A DNA stretch of 64,000 nucleotides from Eutreptiella sp. 'Long Island Sound 2002'. Taxonomy: Eukaryota > Protista > Euglenida. The notes under the pieces were generated by a model. That model was not told where the DNA came from and made no database searches. It saw nothing but the letters and a program-made list of their open reading frames with translations. Location of the stretch: the NCBI GenBank assembly GCA_964036045.1, contig OZ038379.1:22630001-22694000 (forward strand), given 5' to 3'. The position numbers and the translations under genes were made by a program. Position 1 is the stretch's first letter, and every line of letters starts with the position of its first letter. Positions 37,621 to 51,419 of the stretch are shown here, one piece after another.

Positions 37621-40600
37621 GCTCTTTTGCGAACCAAAGGCTTCTGTGGTGCATTGGGAGAAGCAACAGCATTGATATGCAGACATGGTAGCTGCCTGTT
37701 GACAAAAAGAGGCAGTAGGCAGCACACACACCGTCCAAAACGGACGAAAATCTCAGACATATCGTCAGTACAGCAAGCAAACCTGGGTGTTCAAAATAGC
37801 CCTCTTCAAGGGCCTTCCGAATATACCCCATATACCCCCCCCACCGGGACACTCACGGGGCACAAATGAGGCAGCAAGGGCAGCAACTCGCTAAAACGCA
37901 CCAAAGTGGCAGAAAACGTTCCGTCCCCCAGAGATATGGAGCATCATTGAGCATCACTGGCAGTAAGATCCTGCCAGCAGCGCTGCACGAAGATTGGAAT
38001 CACGGACATTAGTGAGATTTCAAGTGGGCACTGCAACTGTTCCCACTTCAATTTGGTGTTACCATTTATTACATGGATCTGCTCACCCTGGCTTCATTTC
38101 ATTGGGGAGCCAGAAGTTCTCGAGGACATGTGTGCGCGTATCCTTTTTGTTCATATATTTTACTTGACCAATTTTCCAGCTTTGGCGACGTCCCATGAGG
38201 TGCTATGCGAGAACTTTGCAATCCGACTCTCCAAACAGGCATGCATGCATGCAAATACCTTGTTGCCATATTTGGCATGCTTCTCATGATAAGAGGGAGA
38301 ACAGTTCTCTTAGTGTCATGTTTCATAAGAAATTTCCAGAAGCCTAAAATTTTGGTAGATATGCAACAGGTGCAACAACGGTATGCCAGCAGGTGACATG
38401 ATACTGGACAAAAGGATTGCACGTTTTTATTGCCATGCAAATTGTAGGTTCATCAATTGAACTAACCTAGGGGAAAAAAGGGAGGCCTCCAATGATTTGC
38501 CATTTTCAACGGAGATCCAGCACAAAGAAAAAAGCCCTCGTCCAGTAAAGGGGGATAAATAGAAACTGGAAAAACGGTTGTTGGTGAGAAAAATTTCTTT
38601 TCCTTTTTAAGCCGTCCCAATTTTGGCCGCCTGCTCCCTCTCTACTTCCATGCATGCTATTGCTATGTGTCGTGTTTTCTGGGCCCCGATATGGCACGAG
38701 AGACATAGCCAATGCCCATTATGTTCGAATGGGCTGGCCCTAATATAGCAGGGTTATGTGGCCACATTCCTCTTCTCCGTTTCAGAGCAGTGATACGGCG
38801 CAGGTAATGTAGCCACATCACTGCTCTCCGCTTTGGATAGGAAGGGTCAATAGACGATTTTCTTGATCCTGATTTTGGTCTACATGACGGGCCAAAGGAG
38901 GGGGGCATCCATATTTATGGTGTGCTGCCTTTTTGGGGAAGGTGGAAGTCAACTGACAGCCAGCGAGAATACAACAATGTCCATCGCTGGTATTGGGCTC
39001 ATCTGGAGCACATCTTTGTGGTAGTGGAAGGTTGATCAGATGACCTTTCCTGGGTTGTTGTTTGGGGCCTTTCCGTCATGGTGGTCTGAGGGGTGACTGC
39101 GTATGGTTACCCTAAAGGGTGCCAATGTACACGCACTATGTGTGCACCATGCATACACCGTGCAGCCATTACCCAGTTCTGCCACAAAAGTAGCACCCGA
39201 AACCTTCCTCTTTGGTATGAGCCCTGATTGCTACCTTTACCTAAGCCTAAGCCTTGCCCTCACCACATCCCTGACCCTCAGTCCGAACCCTAGTCCGCAT
39301 TTCATCTCCATCCACGGCAGCCCTACCCAGCGCCATCCGGAGCTGTAACCGAGGCGACATTCTGAATGGAAAGATCCACAAGCTGTCCCCAGGTGGGATG
39401 TTTGTTCCACTGCTGAACAAGTCCAAGGCAGAGTTTAACAGCCCTTTGACAACAGAAACCCCCCCTGTGTGCGTTTGAAATGTGAGGCCAAGCCTAATAT
39501 GTGAAAGTGGACAGCCCGCCGCCCCTGCTTTCCTGGGCGCCATGGGCTACACGCACCACCCCTTATCAGTTATCTACTCCTGAAGGCGTGGCTGCACCAT
39601 GGACGCCCTTTGTGGCCAAGACATTCCGGGGCTCGCATCACCAAACCCTGTTCTGACACAGGCCCTGCTCTGACCCGCAACAGAAGAATGGGTGAGTCAT
39701 GAATTTGGTTGTTTTTCTTTCTTTGGCATGTGCTGTGCTGTATCATGTGTGGAAATGGAGGTGTATCCCATGTGGACCATGTGAAGGGGAGGTGTATTGT
39801 GTGTGGATGTCGAGGTGTGTTCTGTGGTGTAGGTGCATTCTGTGGTGTGGCAGATGCACTCATGATTCTGAACTTCTTCCACACTGATTTCACATCGATA
39901 CCAGGTAGCGACTTTCTCATATGGGCTCGTAGTGGCAAGACGTCAAAACGCCATATTCGCATATGATGCCAAGGGCGCCTATCCTACCCGCAAGCCCCAC
40001 GGGTCATAGTTTTTGGCCCTTAGAATGGCCCAATTACGTGCCCAGACCCGGTGCCAATGTGCACTGGGTCCTGCCAAGCCAGCCTGACCATCTTCAAGGC
40101 CTGTGTGAGCCATGCAAGAACGACAGTCACAGCCCAGTCACTGCCCTGAGCGGAAACAACTATGGTTGCAATCAATGGCATGCCTTTTGGAAGCAAACGT
40201 TGGCAGCAATCATCAACACCTCACAAGCCGCACAGACTCGAATCAAATCAGCACTGGCCAGCACACCACAAAGTGAAAATGAGTCCTAGCCGTACCCTGT
40301 TCTTGGGACTGCTCCGCAAGGAGCACCCCAAATGGGGTCTTCAACAGCCACCAAAACACGCTAAGTCAGTAAGGAAATAAGACCATTTTCCAAATTTCAT
40401 GGGAGGGTCTTCTTTTTTGTGTTTTATTGTGCCAAGGAAAAAACACTGTCACTACCCTTTCTCAGCCGGTGGAGCAATAGGGAACTGCTCATGCCCATGT
40501 TTTGGGTTGTGGTGGGGAAGCCATCCACTGCTTGCAGGCATGGTTGTGGTGGTGGTGGTGCGTTGTTCATGGTGCAAGCCTTAAATAGGAACGAACTGTC

Positions 40601-41267
40601 CGCTTGTATCTGCAATGGTGTCTGTAGAGAGCATGTTGAGTCAAAGTGTCAGTTGCATCACAAGTGTATGGCCATGCATGTGCGCGCTGAAGAAGGAGTA
40701 TGAGGTCTAGTGTGTGAGTTGTGTGCAGAGGGAAGACCACTAATCTCCTGCAGGCAAAGATGGCCCTGCAGCACTATTTTGGTATGTACTACACACGAAC
40801 ACATGAGGTCAAGGCCAAAGTCTCAAAGAGGAGAGAGGAAGAACACCATTGTCAACACATTGCCACACCGCATGGATTACGTGTCAAGGTCACTGCATAA
40901 GTATTATAGTACTAATTCCATATTAAAGTTTACAGCAGCAGTCAACATCTGTGGCAGGATGATGCACCATGAAATTTATTGTAAAAAGATACTGTATGTG
41001 AATCAACCCCTTAAAAGTGACACGCTGAAACCTTCTTTGAAGGCGTGATTCCAATATTATGAGGACAAGCATGTTTCATTGGTGGGAATTTTCCTGTGTG
41101 CAATGCCGGTAGGTTACTCATGTTGTTGCTGTCCCCTACAAACCATGCTATACACCACTTGTAAAACTGATGTTGTACAAAAAACTGCTGCATTGTGTTG
41201 ATTTGCTGATTGTATCAATAGGTGTACTTGGTTACTCTCTGAGCACAGTTCTGCTCCACGCTTGCAG

Positions 41268-41462
41268 CTGCACCTACAATATTATTGCCCTATGATTCAG
41301 ATGTGTTCATGTGTGTGCACATGTAGTGTGTGGTGTGGGCGAGCTATGTTTGCTTTTCAGCCTGCACCTACAATATTATTGCCCTATGATTCACATGTGT
41401 TCATGTGTGTGCACATGTAGTGTGTGGTGTGGGCGAGCTGTGTTTGCTTTTCAGCCTGCACT
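41268..41462. repeat. 94-bp tandem duplication
   Basis: CTGCACCTACAATATTATTGCC... at 41268 and 41362, with a partial third copy at 41456. Confidence 0.9.
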
Positions 41463-41993
41463 ACAGTAGCTGCTGCAGTGGCAGAGGACGTGCCTCTTTT
41501 TTGCCGGATGACGTTGAATGGTATGAATGCACCTTGCCCTGCTATAAGGGTATAGTCATGCACGCGGTGGCTGTCTTACCCCGGGGGGGGGCGTCCGGGC
41601 ACGGTCTTTGTATGCGACCCCCCAGCCTCCCCCCCCCCCCGCCCCGGGGTTTTGAGAGATAGTGGGTTGGGGATTGCGCCAACGGCACCCCCTTTTTTTT
41701 GTATGGTGCCAACGGCGCCCCCCCTTTTTTAATGTATGCTTCCTTTTCCTCAAACCATCAATGCTTTTGAGCGCCAGATATCGCAAGACGAGGCGCTATA
41801 CAAATGTCGTTTGTTGCGAGGTGCTTTCAGCGGAGATGAGCAAGACGGGCCGCTATACTAATGTCGTTTGTTGCTAGCTGAAGATCCTGCATTCGGAGCA
41901 AAAACCCGGCCTGAGTGTAGCGCCAAATTCTTTCTGGGGCGAACACACGTTCATTCTTTCTTTCTTGTTTCTTTTTTTCCCCCGCGCTTTATT

Positions 41994-42250
41994 GCGTGGC
42001 CCCTTGAGTTGGGGTGAGGGACTCACAATCCACGCTTTGTTGTGTGGCCCCTTGAGTTGGGGTTAGGGACTCGCAATCCACGCTTTGTTGCGTGGCCCCT
42101 TGAGTTGGGGTTAGGGATTCACAATCCACGCTTTGTTGCGTGGCCCCTTGAGTTGGGGTTAGGGATTCACAATCCACGCTTTGTTGCGTGGCCCCTTGAG
42201 TTGGGGTTAGGGACTCCCGCGTTTCGGTGTGGCCCCTTGAGTTGGGGATG
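41994..42250. repeat. 48-bp minisatellite (GTGGCCCCTTGAGTTGGGGTTAGGGACTCACAATCCACGCTTTGTTGC), ~5.5 copies
   Basis: CCCCTTGAGTTGGGG at 42000, 42048, 42096, 42144, 42192 and 42233. Confidence 0.95.
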
Positions 42251-42577
42251 GGACATTTTCCGCGTTTTTCTTAGGCAAGTGCTCCATGGGGCGGTTCCCC
42301 TTGCAAAATCTTTCAAAGGCCAGCATGGTGCTCAAACCCAAACCTGTGTGTGCCGAAACCTAAACCACAACACATGCAGTCGCCGCAGAGCGATGGGAGT
42401 AGGCACCCAGGAAAGCATTCGCCGCAGAGCGACGGTAGTAGGCACCATGTTGGTCCGCGCAACGCTGAATAGGGTATTGATAGTACATTGCGTTTCGTCG
42501 TTGGTGTGTCCCTTTTGAAGGGTGTGCCATGTGTTTGGTCCTTGCTTTGCTCCCTTTGTACAGCCCAGCGACACACC

Positions 42578-45066
42578 ATGGCGACACTCAATCTTGAGAA
42601 GTCGCTGAAGCGAGGGAGTTGCGTGGTATGCAACAAGAAGGGCCGCCACAAGGCATGTGTTACATGCCTCGTAGCCTACCACAACCATTGTGGACACACT
42701 TGCCCCTCTGTAGCCCCCTCTTCACAACAGCCACCAGCAGCTTCTCCAGACCCGCCAGCAGCCCCTGCTCAACCTCCGAGCAATGAAGTCGCCCCTGTTC
42801 CACCTGCAGACAATGACCCACCTCTTGCCCCAGACTCTGCTTCCCATACTGCGTGTGGTGGAAAATGTGGCCACAGGGATGCCTCTTCTGGTCAAGGCGG
42901 ATGCACAGAGGAGATTTGTGGCTGTGGGTACCGTTTCAAGGGTCGGGTTTCAGGGGCTGAGAGGTTGCACCATTTCACTTCGGTGAAGCACGAGGCATGG
43001 GTACATGCTCCTCCACCCCAACCGTCGATTTTTGGTAGCATTGAACGGTTTGTGGTAAAAGGGGCCGCACCCAACATTCCATCCGATGCTTAGCCGGAAC
43101 TCCCCGACTCGGAGGATGCGATCCTTCTGCCCCCTCCTCCTGATAGGCACCCCACTCCATGTGGTGGTTACATGCTGGAACGTCACACACAACAGTCGTT
43201 GATACTCAACTGGCCCTTTTTTTTGGATGCACAAGACTTGGCCGAAGGTACAATCCATTCGTGGAAATGGATGGAGGGATTGGCTGGTTTTCGCTGGTGC
43301 CATTGCACAGGTTGGTCGTACGATGGGCACTCTTGTGCCGGATGTGCTTCTTTGAAGCATTGCCCTGCTCTTGCTCAGAGGTTGCGCATTGCAATGGTGC
43401 TAAAGCCGCACACAAAGTATAAGTACCGCGGGGCCCTTGCATTGCACGCACGTCTGCACGAATACCATGCAATGGAGCAAAAGGCATTTTTTGATGTTCG
43501 CACGATGCAGCGGTCCTTCCAGCCTTTGCGCTCACAGGTTTCCTACCATCAACGTCTCGTGGAGGCTATTCGAACAAACAATGGGCCACGCGTTGCTACG
43601 GTTCTAAATGCCGCAAAAAAAGGGGGCTACGGGTTGAAGCGTTTGGTAGGTCTCGTGGAGGATGCTGCCAAAGCCAACCGCACCCGGTACAGTGCCGATG
43701 AGAAGGATCTTTGTGTCCTTTTGTATTGTGCAGGTGGCCCCGGCGTGTGCCATGCTTTTTCACAGGCCTACCTTTTGCCCAGTTGGAGCCACTGCCGCGG
43801 TCTTGCGGAGAAGGACGCAATCCCCTTATCAAGCGAATTTTCGTTTGCCTCATGCTTTCAAGCATGGGTGGGAAACTGGCAATTGGCCTCACGGAGCACC
43901 GCGATGACATTTTTTTGAATCCCCGGTTGTCCCTTGGGAAGAGGGACATGATTGAAGGTGTCTGCGAGTGCGCCCCTCCCAAACGTTTTGAAGCGCTCGC
44001 CGATCTTCAAGAGGTCATGGAAAGACTCCAATCTGGAGAGTGGCACTTGGCAAAGTATGCACGCGTTGTGGCACTCTCGCGACACATTGGCCGTGACTCC
44101 CCAAGCGGAGAACATGCCAGTGGCCGGCGACACATTTGCTGCTTGTGTGTGCTTCCAGGAGGAGAAGCTCAGTTTGGGCATCTTTTACCTTCGGGCTGTC
44201 ACCAATTCGTCAGGACACTCTACCATGGACACCCCCACAACTGAGATTGAGGGTGCGGCGCACTTGAGAGTCCATGGGCGATTCATGCCCCTTGATCGCT
44301 ATGCAAGCGCAGGGTTGCATGTTTGGCATGACCGTCTTCATGCGCTCGCAACGTCGTTTCCGGTACCTCTGTCCAGTTCATTTGTTTGCACGTAAATGAG
44401 GATAACAAATGGTATGCACCTACTAGTCAATTGGATGCCCTTTCCGAATGGTGTGCCCAATCCGCACCTCAAAAGGTGCCTCCGTTGAAGTGTGAGCCTT
44501 ATGAAGGCTTGTTTGTTACAGATCGTGGTGACAAAGGATTGACCACGGACATGTCCCGCTCAGTGCAGTGCAAGATTTGCGAGGCAACAATGCCACGTGT
44601 GTGCATGCGTACACATGTAGGTCAGCACCTTCTGCGAAAGGAGTGTGTCAAGGGTCGGGAAGAGATTTCTTTGGCCACCGCTTGTGGGTTTTGTGGCAAT
44701 CGTGTCACTTGCTCCACCTAGGTTGTGATGCGTAACAAGCGGACACATGCCTTGGTCACCCTCATGAACTCTGACTGTCCTAGTCAACCAGCTAAGCTGC
44801 GCTGGAACACGCTTGCAAAAAAATCTGCAAGCAGCCCGTGCACGAATCATCCTGTGCGGTGTCCGCTATGCACAAAGACAGTCTGGTCATACTGCATGGC
44901 ACAACACTATGCAGATGTGCATGACACGGCACGGCACCCTGCTTTGATGCACATTGCAGAGGTAGAGCAAGAGGCGGTGCTGAATTGGGTGCCTCATAAG
45001 GCAAGGAAAAAAAATCAGGGCAATGCACCTGCACAGGCTGATGATGCCCAATCTAATGATGCCTAG
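42578..45066 (+). pseudogene. P-element/THAP9-like DDE transposase pseudogene with Zn-finger-rich termini, internally deleted
   Basis: ATG at 42578; in-frame TAGs at 43091 and 44719; frameshifts near 43870, 44230 and 44390. Motifs: PHD-like CVVC..CVTC...YHNHC; DLCVLLYCAGG...AYLLPS; DDIFLNPRL...DMIEGVCE...HLAKYARVVA; C-terminal CKIC..MRTHVGQHLL..CGFCG..PCTNHPVRCPLC..WSYCMAQHY..H. Confidence 0.6.
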
Positions 45067-45680
45067 TCTGATGCAGCGGCCTCACCTGCACCTGGCAACG
45101 GGCGGCGTTGCTTCATCGTCGTCAAGCGTGCCTCCCTTGCCTTTGCCCCGGTCAAAGCCTCCTGCCCCTGCTCCCAAGTGAGTCCGAGGCAACGACCTCT
45201 GGGGCTGAGCGATCCCCTCCGCTTAAAAGCGTTGGGAAACGCAACAAGAAGAGGCGGGACGAAGCCCAATGGGAGCTTCAGTCGAAGCGCGCCCGCGGAG
45301 ACTCCTCCTCCTCCTCAGAGGGGGAGCTTTTCAAGGACCTCTAAGCAGAAGTCCATCCATTTTTTTCTTTTAACCCCCAACTCTAACCAAGCCTCAGGAA
45401 TTTTTCTCAAACTAACCGGAGGGCGCGGGGGAACAAGAGGGAAGGGGGGAGGGGGGCAACACGGCGACCCTTAAGACTTTCTTCTCGGCAATGATGAGAA
45501 AGCGCTATTATCGCATACATACCTCCGTACCCCCAAACCCCCAGACACACAACCCCCCCCCCCCAGGAGGTATGCATGTGGTAGTAGTGGGTCGCGCGCA
45601 AGCCCCCCCACCCCCCGCCGCCCACGGCCGAAATCCCCCCCTACACCCCCCAGCCGACCCCCCCCCCCCACAACTACCCC

Positions 45681-45712
<32 letters not shown>

Positions 45713-47222
45713 CAGTTTTGACAGATAGCTGGGGGGGTGTCGCATCAGGACCGTTGGTTGTCCCCCCCCCCCGTGTGTCTTACAAACTGCAAGAAGAGGT
45801 TAAACCATTTGTCACATTCTGCACTTGTGCTTTGCTTTTGTTGGACAGCCCCCTTCAGGGGTCCTTGTTGGCTTTGCCCAAACACAGGTCCCAACACCCA
45901 GTGAGACCCAAAGAGGGTGAAGCTGAATTGGGCCAACTGTGTTTGTGTGCCCTGCCAGGGGGGTACATAGTCCATCCCCCTCCCGAACCGGAGACCCGGA
46001 GCAAGCAGCAGAGCAACATCAAGACCCTGATGTGCAAGGAGAGCAAAGACAGCACCCATCCAGAGACCTCCATAAATCAATTGCAAGCTTCCTAAAGTCT
46101 CCAAGAATGAGCAGCAAACACCCAAAAACATCGAACCATTAACAGCAAGCATACAGAAATTTCTTGAAATTAATGGCAAGCACCCCAAGAGCCCGAAGTG
46201 TAACAGGTTTTGGGGCTCCAAGAGAATACCATTTGCCCAGAGTTTGTTCAAAACCCCTACACAGTGCATGCGGTGCAGGTTTTGTCGATTGTTAGTTGGA
46301 AACTGTTGTATTAGGATGGACAGTGTGGCAGAAAAGTTGGAAGACAACACCACAACCCCGACAAAGAAAACTAGCAGGTACATACTAGGCCAAGGCCTGG
46401 GCAGAAGGTAAAGGAAGAGAACACAATGACAGGCAGGTCTGCTGGACCCTTATTCACTGGGGCGTCAGGAGGCGTTGTATGTTGGAATACAGGGGTTTCG
46501 TTCTGGCGGTATACCTGTTTGCATCCCCAAGGCCCTTGCTGCAGAGCTCTTTGCAGGACGGTCTGATTTGAACTTTCTACAGAACACTGCAGCAGATGGG
46601 CCACTGTGCACACACAGGGGAGCCCCCTACCCTCAGCCACGGCTGTGACAAATGTCACAGCGCTCTTGCAGGTGCTAGTTAGAGGCTGTGACAACCTGAG
46701 GAGAAAGTGGGCAGGGCAGAGGCACCCAGCGAAGTTCCCAACGATGAGTGCACCAGGCACCACAAGGGGACCTGCCATAAAGGCTCGGTAAAGTGTGCCA
46801 GTTGGTTCTGTGTGTGCGTTGGGTTTTCAGGACGAAAATGTCCACATTGTTTGTTCACCGAAAACGTGTGAAAACTTGGTTTTTGTCGGCTGTGCCTCTG
46901 CTTACAGGTGCTGCTTCAGGCCCGTGGCTTCCCTCCCATACCTGCACTGGCATGCTTCTCACAACCACCACTAATTTTGGATGTAACACAGGGTCGGGGG
47001 GCAGATCTCCAGGGGGCACAGCTTGAGGGTTTCGCACATTATCCCCTCTTTGTTCGGCAACCACCCCTCTTTGTTGGCAACCAGATTTTACGCCATTTTA
47101 AGCATGGAGTTTTTGACACATGGCTGCATACAGTGGCTCACAGTCATACTAAGATGGCCAAATTCGCACCAAGATGCCCCCACCCCCCTGCTCAGGGGCA
47201 GGGGGTCCGGATCACCAAGCAT

Positions 47223-47250
47223 CCACTGCCCACTGCCCCCAGGCAATGTG
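47223..47250. repeat. CCACTGCCCACTGCCCCCAGGCAATGTG dispersed repeat; inverted copy at 48331-48358
   Basis: Reverse-complement match by eye; extra CCCACTGCCC units at 47275-47335. Confidence 0.7.
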
Positions 47251-48656
47251 GCAGTGTACCGCAACGGTTCCACCGCCCACTGCCCTGATGCAGTGCAGAG
47301 TGTACTGCAGGACTTCCGCTGCCCACTGCCCTGGGGGGGGGGGGTCACCGGACCCAGGGAAATTTTTTGCACTGTGCACACTGCGTGCACATGCTGTGAA
47401 TGTCACTGGTTGAGCTGCAGTCAGGGTTGCCCTAATTTTTGCCAATACAATTTGGTGGGCGGGTGAAAGTGTCTTTTGAGTGAAGGCCATGGTAGACAAC
47501 GATGCAGACCGTGGGGACCATGCAACCCTCCACGAGAAGGAAATGGAGTGAATCCCCGTTTTCTTGTCGGAAAAGGGGGAAACTAGGGTTCATGCACCGC
47601 CCCCCCCCTCCCCCTGTGAGAACAACAGTAAACTTCCAACAGTTGTGGGAACACCACCTACTGTTGTTCTGACAAGAGGTGCTTCTCGCAAGGGTGGGTG
47701 GGCGGGGTGGGAGGTGGGGGGTAGTTGCCAACATATAAAATCTGACACTGTATGTGCACTGGGTGAATGGCATTCTCCTGATCTACAAGCGACTACCCCT
47801 CCAATCGAAACATCCAGCCTGACACAAAACCACAGGGTGGCGTGCGAGTCTGCGGCAGGGGGAGCAGAATTATGTTTGGAGGTGGGCCGTGCATGTGCAA
47901 TTGCGCGATGATCTCTTGGTGTGAGTATTTGCGCTGCGTGTGCGCTCCTCTTGCAGCGAGTATTTCTGGACTGGCCTGATTTTTACCCCTAAGGCACCTA
48001 AGGAGAGCAAACCCAAACACCCCTCCTTCCCAAAAACGTCACATGATGGCACGTTAAGATGTCTGTAAGGGTGCACCATCCATTTGTGAATTGAGACAAA
48101 CCCCTCAATAGCACAGGAAGGTTTCACAAATGCAATTAGACGTGGCTGTGGGTAAACATACAATGCTTTGTCAAACCAGACGGCCAAACCTCCCTGCCGC
48201 ATGTTTGCCGCGCGCGCACCGCATCAGGTGCTCCCCCTTGTCCAGGCAGGCGTCAGCGATATCCAGCGCTTGTTAGGGGATGGGGGGTCATGTGCAAAGC
48301 CCGCCCCCCAAAAAAATGTGTATGAACTCTCACACTGCCTTGGGGCAGTGGGCAGTGGGACTCCTGCAGCAAGTGCCACACTGTCTGCCCCACACACACA
48401 CACCCAATGCCAGAGACTGGGCGCTGCATCGGGATGCTCGTTTTCACGAAACCAGACTGATTCGTGGGTCAGGCACAGCTGGCGCCAGGAGCATGGGGTC
48501 GGCACCCCCCCCCCCCCCCACACGCTATGCAACACCCCCACCTGCATGACTGGGGCGTTTGTTCGTCTGACTGGCGCATGCCCACGTCTGGGGCGCGGGG
48601 ATGTCCTGCGTGCCTCATGCCGTCCACAAAGGCCCCCACCGCGTTCAGCATCCAAC

Positions 48657-48936
48657 ATGTCCGAACTTTTCGACGGGTATGCCCAGGAGTACTGCGATCT
48701 CTCCGGCGCGATCACGTGCGCGATCAATGAGTTGCAGTCCGGATCCGGTGGCAAAGGGAAAGACGCAGAAATCGTCAAGAAAATGAAGGCGCTGCAGGAG
48801 GCCCTACGCAATATGGAGGTCGAGCTGGCGGCCCTGCCCTCGGCCAAGAAGATGAAGCTGACGGTGCGGCTGCAGAACTTCCAGAAGGACGCAGCGAACC
48901 TGAAGAAGGAGTTTGAGAAGGCAAAGACTGCGGCAG
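48657..48936 (+). CDS. VTI1: VTI1-like Qb-SNARE, exon 1 (Habc domain)
   Basis: MSELFDGYAQEYCDL...ALRNMEVELAALPSAKKMKLTVRLQNFQKDAANLKKEFEK is a typical VTI1 N-terminus; GCAG|GTGA donor, phase 1. Five exons join in frame to 273 aa. Confidence 0.92.
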
Positions 48937-49532
48937 GTGACCCCTTTGTGTGCCCCGGACACTCGTGTCGGGCAGGGCCACAGACTTGCTCCCTTTGCCA
49001 CGCAGCAAGCCTTCTCTGCCACACCCAGCACCCTCTCAACAGCGGAAGGCGACTGGAGACAGACCAACACTGGGCTGGGGCTTCGGGGATGATGGTTGGA
49101 GAACAACCGCCGTTCGGGAGCCGAAACAGCGTGGCACTTGGTCGGTCAAAGGCCAAGGCCCAGGGAAGTATTAGAATGGCCGCACACCACAGGAGGAGGG
49201 GGGTCCGCCCCCCCCTGCGGGAACCCCCCCCCCCCCTTGACCACAGTGACCACAGTGGGAAAAGATGAAATTTACGATAGGGAAAGCCTTGTCGGGCCGT
49301 TTTTGGTACACAAACTTTTGGGTCCCAGACCCCCCCTCCCCCCCTTCTAATACTTCGCTGCCAAGGCCCCCCGCTGTGGCTCGCCCTCCGCTGCCTCTTT
49401 CATCCCCTTGGGGCCTTTTGGTGAAGACATTTAGCGAGAGGTGTGTGTGGGTGCACTGGCCCCTGTGCCTCAAGTCCCAGCCCAAGGGCCCCACCCTCCA
49501 GCGTCCCGACGTCCCCTCTGCCCCGTTTACAG

Positions 49533-49596
49533 CGCGGAGCGACCTTCTGGCAGGATCCGGACCTGGAGCCCGCAGCCCCGGCAACGATGAGCACCG
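49533..49596 (+). CDS. VTI1: VTI1-like SNARE, exon 2 (linker)
   Basis: TTTACAG|CG acceptor and CG|GTGT donor; gives ARSDLLAGSGPGARSPGNDEHR, matching the conserved R..LL linker. Confidence 0.85.
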
Positions 49597-50144
49597 GTGT
49601 GCCCTCTTGCTGTGTGCCATGTCCGCTTCGGAGGCGTTTGTGTGACCCATGCCATGCAAGGGCTCGTGTGGGGCCGCATACGGGGGGGCTTGGCTTGCAT
49701 CCGCCGGAGGCCGTGAGATTTCTATGAAGCGCTCTGCATGTCACATCAGTTCATGTGGGTGCCCATGAAGGCAGTGGACCACGCAGGACCCTCTGATATA
49801 GCGGCGGCGCCGTTGGACCCGGACCGTTTAGCACCGTGGCTGGAGGGTAATGCAGGCGGTTGGGGGCGATGTTGGCGAGTGGTCCAATGCGGGGGTCGGA
49901 GGGTGGAGGTGTAAGTGTTTGGGACAGGGCTGTGGTGGTACTGGGCTTAGCAAGGGGGCACTCTGCGTAATCCCGCTGATGCAAGAGCTCGACGTTGTGG
50001 CGTGCACCGCATTGCGTCGCCAAGACGCCCAATGACCATGGGCACCGCGTGCGACCACGCATTCCCCATGCGAAGTATTGTGCGACGACCGCATTCCTCC
50101 CCCCCCCCCCCGGCGTCCTGCGCCTCCGCCCTTCGCTTCTACAG

Positions 50145-50237
50145 GGAACGCATGGCGGCGAATACGCAGCGGTTGCACAATCAGGGCCAGACCTTGGATA
50201 ACGCCCGACGGCTGGTGGCGGAGATGGATGACTTTGC
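50145..50237 (+). CDS. VTI1: VTI1-like SNARE, exon 3
   Basis: CTACAG|G acceptor and GC|GTATGT donor; RERMAANTQRLHNQGQTLDNARRLVAEMDDFA. Confidence 0.9.
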
Positions 50238-51419
50238 GTATGTGCAGGCCTGGACGCTGCCCGCCCGCACAGAGCGTCGGGTTGAGGGCGATTCAAGCAT
50301 CCCCCCGCCCTCTAGCACTGCGGTACAGTGTCCCAGCATCACACATCATTTGTGGCGGAGAGCACCCTCGAAACTCGATGGTCATGGGAGTGATCGAATG
50401 TGACGTAGCACCCACCTTGAGTTTCGCCAGAGAATTACACAGGGGTTTGCATGTACTGTGAATTCGCTGACAGCAGTAGGCGGCTACCCAAGTTGCACGT
50501 GCCTATCTTTCTGCCACCTACTCACTATTTCCGGATGATCCCGGCAAAAGAAGCCTGTGGCCTAATGCGGCGCGGCATGGCGGCGGTGCTGCCCCCTACT
50601 GGACATGCCAAACCTCCAAAAACCCTCCAAATGCTGGTGCCTACTGGGCCGTGGTGCCTAGGGCTATCCGTGCATTCACAGTAGACGGGCTCTTGTGACC
50701 CCCCCCCCCCCCAGCTCTGGTGGTGTGTGTCCCGGCAGTTGCCGCCGGGTGTCATTCCACTGCCTGTGCCTGCGCCTCTGGTCTGGGCTTTGGGCCGTTC
50801 CCCCGGGTCCGATGGCCAAATGGCCGGCCGGCGGATTTGCCTTGTTGGCGCGGGGGGGGGGGGTGTGGATGTGGCACCCGCTTCATTGACCACTGCTCAT
50901 CCCCCGCCCTGATCCACGCCCAGTACCACCCCGCGGTCGTGTTGAAGCAGTGACGGACCAGGGGCCCCAGAGGAGACGACTCCCATTCCAGGGGCAGTGG
51001 GCCGGGGACGATTGTTGAACGATGAAGCTTTGGAGAGTTGTGTTGTGATGACCGTTGCACTGCGCTTCGTTGCATCGAGGCTCTTGCGGCGGGGATTGTG
51101 ATGTCTGCAGGCGGGGTACTGTGCACAGATAGAGATGCTGGTTTTGGGGGGATTGGCCAAGCCTCGGCTGTGGACCGATGGGGGATCCTCCGGGACGGGG
51201 GTTCGTAAAGAGGCCTGGGGGTATTGAGCGGCATATTTCAGAGATTGGGAGCGGTCAGGAGACGTTTGTTCCCCCAAGCGTTCTGCGAGTTTCGAGTTCG
51301 TCAGAAATGGTGCTCGCGGTATCATTGTCCGCCGAATCCATTTGCCTGCTGGTGGGAGATGGGATGGGCTGTGTGTGCTGCCTTTGGAAGGCCTTCCATT
51401 CCGGGGTGTGGTCCTGCAG

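Noticed and set aside
39238-39300. Telomere-like CCCTAA/CCCTGA repeats
   Set aside because: Few and highly degenerate units; no array.
45540-45716. Long C-runs as a regulatory G-quadruplex/i-motif element
   Set aside because: C/G homopolymers are ubiquitous in this window and their length is error-prone; nothing specific here.
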